A stretch of 58,079 nucleotides of DNA, from IMG/VR virus record IMGVR_UViG_3300048823_000073, positions 1-58,079 of that record, one strand, 5' to 3'. Under the pieces are notes generated by a model. The model saw nothing but the letters and a program-made list of their open reading frames with translations, was not told the DNA's origin and made no database searches. The translations under genes were made by a program, and so were the position numbers. The DNA is from a virus (Duplodnaviria > Caudoviricetes). Positions 48,419 to 57,225 of the stretch are shown here, piece by piece (the stretch's first letter is position 1; every line of letters starts with the position of its first letter).

Positions 48419-48985
48419 TCAGGCCATCCCGTACATTTCGGCATATTGGAGGTTCAAATCGCCCACGAGAGTACCGGCGTTGCCAGTGATGACAACGACG
48501 ATCGCGGCGCTATCGGCCATAGCAAGCGCTTGAGCAGCGGTCGTGCCCTGGTGGGTCGTGCCAACGACAGTACCCTCATTGAGAAAGAGCTGCGTGTTGA
48601 CGCCCGTGCGAACGATGCAGCCATTCATGTTCCAGCCGCCGCCGCTCTGGGCGACAACGCCCGTGGTCAGGAGCGTGGTGCCCCCAACGACAGCCTGCCC
48701 CACAACCGGATTGATCGGGTTGAGGATCGCCTTGAGGGTCTTATTGTCGCCGTTGACACCAAACAGGCCCGATGCTTGGAACGCCAGTTCGGCAATTTCA
48801 CCCACCAGAGGGCCAAAGATGTTGGCGGGCACCGTCAAGATTGCCAGCACATTGTCATTGGTAATCGAGCCGGGGGCACTCGCACCCGTAATTCGTTGGA
48901 TAGAAAACTGCGAGTTCATCGCGGCACGATTTAGGTTAAGCGTCGGGCTCGCACTGTCCGCGTCTACGATTGGATTAAGAGACAT
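48419..48985 (-). CDS. Putative structural protein
   Basis: GAGG SD; beta-rich, 188 aa. Confidence 0.6.
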   Translation of the reverse strand: MSLNPIVDADSASPTLNLNRAAMNSQFSIQRITGASAPGSITNDNVLAILTVPANIFGPLVGEIAELAFQASGLFGVNGDNKTLKAILNPINPVVGQAVVGGTTLLTTGVVAQSGGGWNMNGCIVRTGVNTQLFLNEGTVVGTTHQGTTAAQALAMADSAAIVVVITGNAGTLVGDLNLQYAEMYGMA

Positions 48986-49037
48986 AGAAATTTCCTCAAA
49001 TTGGACTTGTGATCCCGAGAACTTTTATCTCAAGAGA

Positions 49038-49259
49038 TTATTGCGATTTCTTAGCGGTAACGCCCGACTCCATCGTGCGCGCGGAGCCCTTGCCAAACAT
49101 ATGCCCCTTGCCCCCGCTCGGGAACTTGCCGCTGTTACCCGCGTCTTCATGCGAAGTGCGGCCTTCAACCGGGGGTCCGGCATGCTGCGGGCCGAACATT
49201 TTCGTGGTGCCGCCCTTGGCGAACTCAACCTTTGGGGGATTGCCCTCAACTTTAGGCAT
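49038..49259 (-). CDS. Small Gly/Lys-rich protein
   Basis: GGAG SD; FAKGG motif. Confidence 0.6.
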   Translation of the reverse strand: MPKVEGNPPKVEFAKGGTTKMFGPQHAGPPVEGRTSHEDAGNSGKFPSGGKGHMFGKGSARTMESGVTAKKSQ

Positions 49260-49331
49260 GATGTTTCTCCATCTAAGAAGTTAGAAGTTACCTTTACAAG
49301 TAACTAGCATACTCGCTCTACTTACGCAAGC

Positions 49332-49553
49332 TTACTTACGTTTGGAGTAGCTGCCACTTTTTTCGGAAATCTTGCCCTTGCCCTCTTTGGCATTGCCTTT
49401 GGACCCAACCTTGCCGCCGCGCTTGAACGCCGGAGCGCCACCACCACCGGGAGCCCCCATTGTCATTGCATCGCCAGCAGCATCCGGGTCAACCGGGGGA
49501 GCTTTCGATTTGCCTGCATGTTTACCGCCAAATGGTTTCTTCATAATAATCAC
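49332..49553 (-). CDS. Small Gly/Lys-rich protein
   Basis: Follows the portal gene; FKRGGKV motif. Confidence 0.6.
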   Translation of the reverse strand: MIIMKKPFGGKHAGKSKAPPVDPDAAGDAMTMGAPGGGGAPAFKRGGKVGSKGNAKEGKGKISEKSGSYSKRK

Positions 49554-49562
49554 TCTTTCTCT

Positions 49563-51671
49563 CTAGTGTCCCCCAGCGATGCGCGTTCTCGGTCCCGTGT
49601 CCTGGGTGACATTGGACCCTGGTTGATTCCCCTGAGCTTGCTGGGCTTGGTCCCCGCCTTGCGAATGCCCAACTTGACCCTGCTGCTGGGCCGTCTGCTG
49701 CGCCTGCTTCTGCTGGGCTTCCATCTGGTCGTCTGTGGGCACGATCTGCTCGCCAGGGAGCCCGAGCGTATCCGCCACCGGCCTTAGTATGGCTGCGCGA
49801 CCTTTCGGCCCGATAATGCCCATGTCGATCGGGTTCGCCGTAGCCGCCAAGAACTCCAATTGACGGGAGCGCTCGGTTTCCTTCTGGATCGCGACACCGA
49901 CGCCCGAAACTTGAATTTCCTCTTCGCCCGTCAAAAGCTGCGAGTCATCAGTCAGCATCACCATATCGTAGAGCCCGTGCAGCGCCGGGTCGATGACTTC
50001 TCGGTCAATGTTGGCTGCGACGGTCTGTAAAATCTTACTAGCATTGCTCATAAGCATCGAGAGCCCCGAGGCAGTGCGCCCCACGGCCCCCGCTTGGCCG
50101 CCGGTCATGTATCTGGGCACGGCGCTGTGCTCGTCGGCCATGTTCACAAACTGCGAATAAACCGTGAGAAGCTCTTGCGCATTGCTGTTGGGCTGAAAGA
50201 AGTTGATCGCGGGCTGCTGGTTGTTCCCCATCGGGTCGTTGCGCGTGTGCCAGCGCTTCCACGGGTATAGGTCTTCGCCATCTTCGTCGTCAGACAATCT
50301 ATCGTCGTTGACTTCAACCTGCGGCCCCGAGGCCATCGCCATGTTGTTGACCAATGCCCGGAGCGCCGAATTGGAGGCGTCTTGGATGTCCGCAAGGATA
50401 TCGGGGAGCCCGTTTCCAACTGGCGTTCCGGGCACCTTCTCAAAGCTCGTCACATAATATTGGTGACGCTTGCGTGGGGAAGGCGCAAGTTGAGCTTTGA
50501 TAACGTAGGAGCCAATCAACCACGCATTGATGAAATAGTCCCGCACAGGGTCGTCTATTACCTCTGGAGGTAACCCGTAGTCCAGTAGCATCATGCCCTG
50601 GACAGTACCTTGGAACTCCAGACAGTTGATCAATCCCGATCGGTTCATTCGCGGGTCTTCCCGGCTCTCATAGACCGCTCTGGAAGAGTCCGTTATATCC
50701 CAATCATCACTTATCCCGCCGGTCCCATAGCTCGAAAGCACTTCACGAACCGCGTCGTGATTGTACCCGGGCAGGTCGAGAAGATCATTCAATTCCGACC
50801 GTGTAAGCCGGATACGCTCGATGCAGTTCGCGTTCTCGATGTCGGATACGCCTGGCGTCCAGTAAAGATCAAAAGGCGAAACTCTTTGCCAACAGAGCTT
50901 GGGAGTATCTGTCGAGACCGCTTTGGGGGGTGCCCCGGGCTTGTCGCTTTTCCAAACAACCTCGGGGAGTATCCGAACAGTCGGCCCCTTGATGGCGGCA
51001 TACGGGAAAAGTGGCAAATCAACAATGAACTCGGCTAGGGCTTTATAGAACCCGCCCTCGGTCAAAATCTCATCGAGCTTCTCTTCGGCAATGCGAGCCT
51101 GCTCGGCCGCTTTCTTCTTCGCAGCCTGGCGCGCGGCCTCCGTGAGCATCGTGAACCTATCACGAATTGCGCCAGGATCGGCTGGCTGCCCCGCCTGCAT
51201 CGCACCCGTTATTTCCGAGTCAATAAGCTGTTGTATGGCTGTATGAATTGCCTGCGGCAATTTGGGGTCTTGATCCGGCTTAAGCCCCCATGGGCGATCT
51301 GTCCCCAGATAAACATCACGTAAGAGCGAACTGGCGCCACGCGACTTGATCGCCGTGATCCGCGCGAAAATCTCCGAGCCGCCAAACTTGCGTATCTCAC
51401 GAAGCTGATCCGGATCGTATTGTCCGTTGAATGATCGCATCGCACGCAGCAAGCGCTCCGCCCAACCGGACAGCGGATTGTCCCGATGGAGGCGCATAAG
51501 CTCGTATTGCGATCTGATGTACCCCGCGAGCCGGTCGATATCTGTGGGGGTGTAAGTCTGTGCGCGCGCGGAAGCTGCCGCTTGGGCGGCCGCTTTATCC
51601 ATGTCCGCATTGGACATAGCTCTTAATATGCCACCACTTGGGATTGCTTGCGGCATTGAATTGGTGTACAC
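49563..51671 (-). CDS. Portal protein (start may be the ATG at 51656)
   Basis: ~700 aa; RVSPFDLYW.P, G.GLPD.L.D.Q...N...R...NN, GRTASGLSMLM; Gln-rich tail. Confidence 0.9.
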   Translation of the reverse strand: MYTNSMPQAIPSGGILRAMSNADMDKAAAQAAASARAQTYTPTDIDRLAGYIRSQYELMRLHRDNPLSGWAERLLRAMRSFNGQYDPDQLREIRKFGGSEIFARITAIKSRGASSLLRDVYLGTDRPWGLKPDQDPKLPQAIHTAIQQLIDSEITGAMQAGQPADPGAIRDRFTMLTEAARQAAKKKAAEQARIAEEKLDEILTEGGFYKALAEFIVDLPLFPYAAIKGPTVRILPEVVWKSDKPGAPPKAVSTDTPKLCWQRVSPFDLYWTPGVSDIENANCIERIRLTRSELNDLLDLPGYNHDAVREVLSSYGTGGISDDWDITDSSRAVYESREDPRMNRSGLINCLEFQGTVQGMMLLDYGLPPEVIDDPVRDYFINAWLIGSYVIKAQLAPSPRKRHQYYVTSFEKVPGTPVGNGLPDILADIQDASNSALRALVNNMAMASGPQVEVNDDRLSDDEDGEDLYPWKRWHTRNDPMGNNQQPAINFFQPNSNAQELLTVYSQFVNMADEHSAVPRYMTGGQAGAVGRTASGLSMLMSNASKILQTVAANIDREVIDPALHGLYDMVMLTDDSQLLTGEEEIQVSGVGVAIQKETERSRQLEFLAATANPIDMGIIGPKGRAAILRPVADTLGLPGEQIVPTDDQMEAQQKQAQQTAQQQGQVGHSQGGDQAQQAQGNQPGSNVTQDTGPRTRIAGGH

Positions 51672-51695
51672 CCGTTACCAGCGAAGGTAACTAGC

Positions 51696-51724
51696 CTTAT
51701 AGAAACTTGTAGTGGCATTGTCAA
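51696..51724 (-). promoter_or_regulatory. Putative promoter of the virion operon
   Basis: TTGACA(51724-51719)-N17-TATAAG(51701-51696); palindrome 51675-51690 at the inferred +1. Confidence 0.65.
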
Positions 51725-51733
51725 GAGAGTAAC

Positions 51734-52198
51734 ATGGCGACCCCCCAAGATACTGCTACTCCCCAAGAAAAGCTGCGCATGTTCATCACGGACCTTGCGC
51801 AAGACATCGTTCCCTTAGAGGAACTCTTGGTCAAGTACAGTTACTCGATCGGCTTTTTCACCCGTGTAAATGCGCTTCCGGCTTTCCAAAAACGTCTCTC
51901 CGAAGAGCGGACGGCGTGGCTGGCTGTAGACAACAGAGCGAAGCGCGTCAAATTCCAGGCTGGCGCAGCGGTAGAAAACCTTCTCCCGGAATTAGGCGGC
52001 ATGTTCCTCGACAGAACGCTACCCGCAAGGGATCGTCTCGAAGCAATCAAGCATCTGTCCAAGCTTGCGGAGTTTGGCGGGGATAAAGCGGCAACGGGCG
52101 GCGAGAGTGTCAGCATCATAATCAATCTGGGAGAGGACAAGAAGCTGGCGTTCTCCCATGCCTTGCCTGAAAAGGTAATAGAGCATTCCGATGCCTAA
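51734..52198 (+). CDS. terS: Putative terminase small subunit
   Basis: Helical 154-aa protein overlapping the TerL start; C-terminal VSIIINLG strand. Confidence 0.65.
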   Translation: MATPQDTATPQEKLRMFITDLAQDIVPLEELLVKYSYSIGFFTRVNALPAFQKRLSEERTAWLAVDNRAKRVKFQAGAAVENLLPELGGMFLDRTLPARDRLEAIKHLSKLAEFGGDKAATGGESVSIIINLGEDKKLAFSHALPEKVIEHSDA

Positions 52199-53636
52199 CA
52201 TAAACTACACGGCGTCGCCCACTTGCGCAAAATTTATGAAATCCGAGAGCTTCGGACGGCTCATCGCAGGGCCGGTCGGCAGTGGCAAGACGACTTCGAC
52301 AATCATGGAACTGATACGGCGCTCGTGTGAGCAAACGCCCGGCAAGGACGGCCTGCGCCACACAAGATTTGCAATCGTCCGGCAGACACTCTCGCAGTTG
52401 CGCCAGACCGTCTTGAAAGACATTCAAGACACCCTAGGCAACGCGGCAGACTGGCGCGTCTCCGAGAGCACTGTCTACGTCTCCATGGGGGATGTTCGAT
52501 CGGAATGGCTGCTTTTGCCCCTTGAAGACATCCAAGACCAGAGACGGTTGCTCTCGTCGCAGCTCACAGGGGCGTGGATTTCGGAAGCGATCGAGATCGA
52601 CGTAAACCTAGTCGCTGCAATCTCCGGCCGGTGCGGGCGCTATCCCTCCGGCAACATGGGCGTGCCGACATGGTTCGGGATGCTGGCCGACACGAACATG
52701 CCCAGCGAGGGAAGCCCCTGGTGGCAGTTCATGATCGCAGCGCCGGTAGATTGGCAGATGTTCTATCAGCCAAGTGGCTTAAGCTCGCTGGCCGAAAACC
52801 TCAATCATCTCGTCCAGACCCCCGAAACGCTAAAACTCCCGATCGACCATCCCGATCGAATTGCCCAAGGCCGCAAATATTACGAGCGCTTGGAGCGCAA
52901 CAACAATGCGGATTGGGTGCAGCGCTATGTGCATGCGAAGTTCGGGTCTGACCCTTCGGGCTCCGCAGTATTTCGGGCGTCGTTCAAACGCTCATATCAT
53001 GTGGTGGACAAGCTGGAACCCGTACCGGGCAGGCTTTTGGTTGTCGGACAGGATTTCGGACGTGACCCTTGGGCGATCATCACGCAGCTCGATCACCGTG
53101 GGAGGTTCTTAGTTCTCGAAGAAGTTCCCGCCGATGATATTGGGCTCCAGCAGCACATTCGCGGAGGTCTTCGTCCGGCACTCTTCCAAGAACGCTACCT
53201 CAACCGGCCCGTCATCATCGTGGGCGACCCAGCGGGCATATCGAAAAACTCGCATTACGAAGAGAACAGCTTCGACCTGCTCAAAGCAGAAGGTCTTCAC
53301 GCGATGCCCGCCCAAACGAACCGGCTGGAGCCCCGGCTGCGCGCCGTGGAGCATTTTATGCTGGGACAGGTGCAGGGCGACCCTATGTTTGTGATCGACG
53401 GGCAGCGGTGCCCGAAGTTGGTCCAAGCGCTCGATGGCGGCTATCGCTTCGGACACACGAAAGTCGGGGAGAAAAAGCCTTCGCCGGACAAAAATTCATT
53501 CTCCCACATAGCTGATGCTCTCCAATATTCAGCCCTCGGCTGTAGTGGGGAGATGCACGGCTATCTAGTGGGGCGCGTCATGAACAAAGGTAAGGAGCGC
53601 CGCCGCCCGCAATTCAGCTCTCGCGCGTGGACTTGA
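52191..53636 (+). CDS. terL: Terminase large subunit
   Basis: GPVGSGKT, AIVRQT, WISEA, DTN; nuclease GQDFG and SHIADALQY. Confidence 0.92.
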   Translation: MPNINYTASPTCAKFMKSESFGRLIAGPVGSGKTTSTIMELIRRSCEQTPGKDGLRHTRFAIVRQTLSQLRQTVLKDIQDTLGNAADWRVSESTVYVSMGDVRSEWLLLPLEDIQDQRRLLSSQLTGAWISEAIEIDVNLVAAISGRCGRYPSGNMGVPTWFGMLADTNMPSEGSPWWQFMIAAPVDWQMFYQPSGLSSLAENLNHLVQTPETLKLPIDHPDRIAQGRKYYERLERNNNADWVQRYVHAKFGSDPSGSAVFRASFKRSYHVVDKLEPVPGRLLVVGQDFGRDPWAIITQLDHRGRFLVLEEVPADDIGLQQHIRGGLRPALFQERYLNRPVIIVGDPAGISKNSHYEENSFDLLKAEGLHAMPAQTNRLEPRLRAVEHFMLGQVQGDPMFVIDGQRCPKLVQALDGGYRFGHTKVGEKKPSPDKNSFSHIADALQYSALGCSGEMHGYLVGRVMNKGKERRRPQFSSRAWT

Positions 53637-53927
53637 TCTCTTACGCGACTGGTTCACTTCCCGCGTGACCGCTTCTAAGTGATCCGGGCACACGCACAAA
53701 CTAAAGTGGCAATTGTGATCGCGGTGATGGCCGGGCGGGCAGGGCTTCTTCCCAAGGACATCATGCGAGAACCGATGCGCCCGAACGCTCTTACTCTTAT
53801 ATGAGAACGTGCCATACCACTTTTTATTCCCCCGGCCCCGGCTTCGCGCGCCGGTCCAGAACCAGCATCCGTTGGGGAGGATATCGACGAAACTCATGAA
53901 ACGTGCAATGTCAGCCTCGTCGCACAT
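53565..53927 (-). CDS. HNH endonuclease
   Basis: GCWFWTG, YGTF, AHRFS, DHNC...CVCPDHLEAVT..N. Confidence 0.85.
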   Translation of the reverse strand: MCDEADIARFMSFVDILPNGCWFWTGARSRGRGNKKWYGTFSYKSKSVRAHRFSHDVLGKKPCPPGHHRDHNCHFSLCVCPDHLEAVTREVNQSRKRSSPRARAELRAAALLTFVHDAPH

Positions 53928-53994
53928 TATTTAAACCACTCCATAATGTGAAAGACGATAACATAGGCCATCGCCAAGCATACAGCATACTCCA

Positions 53995-54465
53995 CTATGC
54001 AACCTCCACACGCGCAGCCACGGGGGCATTGGGCTGATCTTGGTATTTCCCGCGATAAGGGAGTATCGTAGGATGATCTAGCCACTCGAACTTGACCTGG
54101 CACAATGGGGCTCCAGCCTCAAATTCTATGCGGTAGCCCCCGTGGTTCACTAGCTCGACCGTCAACCACCCTTCCCATCCCGGATCGAGATGCGTGTTAA
54201 AGACGCTCATGAACGCGCGTGCGTGCGTAGATTTGTCCATCACAGACCCGCAAATATTATCGGGCAGGACGAACCGCTCCATTGTGCTCGCAAGCGCCGC
54301 CTCACCCGAAAGCAAGACCAAATCCTGCGCTATCCGGCAATCATACGAACATGCCGAAAGCCCGAATGACCGGCCCCCAACGACACCGCGCTCCACGAAG
54401 GGGGATATGAGGGGCCAATCCCCTTGCGCCAAACGCCGGATGGTTTGTGCTGAAAGCACACTCAT
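53995..54465 (-). CDS. dcd: dCTP deaminase (trimeric dUTPase superfamily)
   Basis: SFGLS..SYD, DKST.AR, DPGWEGWLTVELVN, YRGKYQDQ. Confidence 0.85.
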   Translation of the reverse strand: MSVLSAQTIRRLAQGDWPLISPFVERGVVGGRSFGLSACSYDCRIAQDLVLLSGEAALASTMERFVLPDNICGSVMDKSTHARAFMSVFNTHLDPGWEGWLTVELVNHGGYRIEFEAGAPLCQVKFEWLDHPTILPYRGKYQDQPNAPVAARVEVA

Positions 54466-54588
54466 GTCACCCCCCCAAAAAGTTACTTCCAAAGGTACTT
54501 TAATTCCAAAGATCGTAAGCGAAAATAAAGGTGCTGGCCCGAACCCAGACGAGCCACTCCACTACGAGGAGGGTGCAGATCCGGAACT

Positions 54589-54876
54589 TCATGCTGGTTC
54601 ATCCTCTAAAGCTGGCCGGGGCACATCTCGATTGGTTTGCCGATGTAATGCGTCATGCTGCGCCTGCGCCAAAGCGGAAATGAGCCCGATTGTATTGTGG
54701 GATGATAAATCCCAACCAATCTCTCTGCCCGGCGTGATGTAGGCTACTGCAACGGCGACATATTCCCCGCGCATAGCCTCCGCCAAAGCCCCCCTCAAAA
54801 TCCTAACTACTTCCTCGTCGGGTTCACCAGGCGGTAGGGCGGCGCCGCCATAAATAGCCACAATATTGTCGTTCAT
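54589..54876 (-). CDS. Hypothetical protein
   Basis: 95-aa ORF. Confidence 0.55.
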   Translation of the reverse strand: MNDNIVAIYGGAALPPGEPDEEVVRILRGALAEAMRGEYVAVAVAYITPGREIGWDLSSHNTIGLISALAQAQHDALHRQTNRDVPRPALEDEPA

Positions 54877-55016
54877 GGGTGCTCACCCCACCAGTTCAAA
54901 TATGTCTTGGCGTAAGTCTTCGCCAACCAAATGATCGCCCAGCCAATGAACACGGCCATGACCGCAGACAGAGCCAACTCACCCCAAAAATTCTTCATAT
55001 TACCTCCAAAGGTAAC

Positions 55017-55280
55017 TTAGAGCGCTGCCAACTGTGTCGTCAGCGTCGCAATGTTATTGCTGATGATCACAATCGCGGCGTTGAGCATCGTCGCAGAGTC
55101 CGCCACCGAAAATGGCACCTGCTGTCCGATGTTCGTGGGCGTCGCGCCCGTGAGCAGACTGATCCCAACAATCTGCGCATTGTTGGCAACTGCCGATTGG
55201 AGCTGCGCTGCAAGCGTTTGGAGCGCTTGTATCTGCGCCGCGAGCTGCCCGGCCAGTATCCCTTGCGCGACCGTCGCCAT
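55017..55280 (-). CDS. Hypothetical protein
   Basis: AGGAG SD; ends at the palindrome at 55000. Confidence 0.6.
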   Translation of the reverse strand: MATVAQGILAGQLAAQIQALQTLAAQLQSAVANNAQIVGISLLTGATPTNIGQQVPFSVADSATMLNAAIVIISNNIATLTTQLAAL

Positions 55281-55585
55281 TAGCTGATCTCCTCGGGCAT
55301 GGCCTGGTTCTTACCGTCCGAGGTAACTGGCTCGTTCTTCCAGCTACGGGGCACGATGTTGATCTTGGTTGTCTGCCACGCACCAACAAACCTGAGATCG
55401 GGCACCATGCCCAGCGATATCCACAGCCGCCCGCTCCACAGCAACTTGATCCGTTCGCGCACGCTCAACTTAAGAAGCGTGTTGATCCCCACGAGCTGCC
55501 TGTCCTTCGGAGCATCCTCGGGGAACAGCGCCGATACCGGCTCTGCGTAACCAATCTTGATCTCGATATCTCCAATGTTCGCCAC
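55280..55585 (-). CDS. Hypothetical protein
   Basis: Coupled ORF. Confidence 0.55.
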   Translation of the reverse strand: MANIGDIEIKIGYAEPVSALFPEDAPKDRQLVGINTLLKLSVRERIKLLWSGRLWISLGMVPDLRFVGAWQTTKINIVPRSWKNEPVTSDGKNQAMPEEIS

Positions 55586-55860
55586 TACGCGCTCTCTTTC
55601 TCTAACTCGACTACTTTAAGTTTTCCGACTCTCATTGCTCCAACGCGACCCGGCTCAACGAACCAGCCCGCACCCTGCAAATTCAGGTCTTCCACACTCA
55701 CAAGCGGGTGTGACGTTCCACCCCCGCGCATGATCTTCACAAATCCATTCCCCCACCCCGCATACAGCTCCTCCCCCCGCCGGAACAATTTGCACTGACG
55801 ATAAACGCCCTTGCTACGGAGGATGCACTGCGCGTCTTCAATAATGTGGAAATAATCCAT
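55585..55860 (-). CDS. Hypothetical protein
   Basis: Coupled ORF; ATG at 55860. Confidence 0.55.
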   Translation of the reverse strand: MDYFHIIEDAQCILRSKGVYRQCKLFRRGEELYAGWGNGFVKIMRGGGTSHPLVSVEDLNLQGAGWFVEPGRVGAMRVGKLKVVELEKESA

Positions 55861-55903
55861 CAAACTCTCATGTTGTCCTCTGATGTTACTCTCTGAGGTT
55901 ACC

Positions 55904-56233
55904 TCAAGAGGTAATCTCTTCATCGGCAGGAATAACATCTCCCCCTACAGGGTCGTAGTTATCAAAGGGAATGTTATCGTGCCGATTGCGCCGATTGTGC
56001 AGCAACCACTCAAGCACTTGATCCTCAAAATAATAGATCAAGCGTCCGACCTTCACATAATCTGGACCTGTCCTCTTGACCCGCCAGTCGTTAAGCGTGA
56101 ACGGCGATATCTCCAATAGCTTAGTGACTTCCAAGGGAGTGAGCAGGCGCATGCGTTCACGCAGATGACGCCCCAGCTCGTCGCCGTCCACGAGCGTTTG
56201 CACGCTCTCTTTCCCCTTTATTACGTTCGCCAT
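55904..56233 (-). CDS. Excisionase/AlpA-like HTH protein
   Basis: LLTPLEVTKLLEISPFTLNDWRVKRTGPDYVKVGRLIYY; next to the integrase remnant. Confidence 0.85.
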   Translation of the reverse strand: MANVIKGKESVQTLVDGDELGRHLRERMRLLTPLEVTKLLEISPFTLNDWRVKRTGPDYVKVGRLIYYFEDQVLEWLLHNRRNRHDNIPFDNYDPVGGDVIPADEEITS

Positions 56234-56301
56234 CTTATACTCCCAATCTATACACACCATACACTATAAAGTTACCTTGTCAAGTAATAAAATGGTAATA
56301 A

Positions 56302-56762
56302 TCAGATAATAATTTGATCATAGTAATCTGCAAGTTGCTGGAGGGCAGCGCGATGCTCGGGGATGTAGCGAGTTCGGTTGTAGACACTCTCGATCGGATC
56401 GTGCAGGTGCGTGTGACCGAGCACGTTTTGATGCGGCGGGCCTCCGCATAGATCGTCATGAGGGTGGCGAGGGTTAGGGCGGGCAGCGCTGGACTATGGG
56501 AGCCCTCTCGAAAGGCGTTTCGGGCTTCCTGGGCCTTCTGACGGGCTTGGGCGAGACTTGTTTGGGGGTAGGTGCCTAGGGGGATGCGCTTGCGGGTGTG
56601 ACTGTGGGTTGTCAGCAGGCTCCAGATCGGATCGTGGTGCGAAGCGCGGAGCACTAAGCCGGGGCACGCCCCGTCCCGGAGTTCTAAGCGGGCGCCTTGT
56701 GGGTTCTTGGCGAGGGCACGCGCGATCGAGGCGGTGATGAGGGGGGTTATGATCTTGGGCAT
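56302..56762 (-). pseudogene. int: Tyrosine integrase with a large internal deletion
   Basis: Arm-binding domain (LRDGACPGLVLR...RIPLGTYPQTSLAQARQKA) joined out of frame to the integrase C-terminus LGH...VYNRTRYIPEHRAALQQLADYYD (56421-56302). Confidence 0.85.
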
Positions 56763-57225
56763 TTGTGGGGGGTCTTTTGGGGATTTCAGGGGGTTAAAAG
56801 TTCTCAGATAGTGGAAGAGCACGTTTGGGCAGTTTTAAGGGGTGTTTGGTTGGATTTCAAGGGGTTAGAGGTTTTTAGGTTGTGGGGCTTAGAGGGGGTT
56901 TTATGCGGGCCGGTCAGATATCCGAAGTGGGTTTTAGAGGGGGTGAGGTACTCGATGGGGTTATCCGGGGGACTTACGATCGTTTGAGTTGTCCGGGTTT
57001 TAGAGGGGGGTGAGGTGCTTGGTGCTATTTGGGTATAATCTGGTGCTATTGCGAATTTGTAGGTTCTATATGTGCGACCCCTAAAAGGGCCACGCCCCCC
57101 ACCGCCACCCTTGGTCCATATGGGGCGCCGGTCTTACCTCGAAAGGTAACAGCATATCCCCTCCCCGGGGCTCTATTGTGGAAGGGAAACCTCCCCCGGC
57201 CCAAAGGTTCCAGGGTCACGCATCA

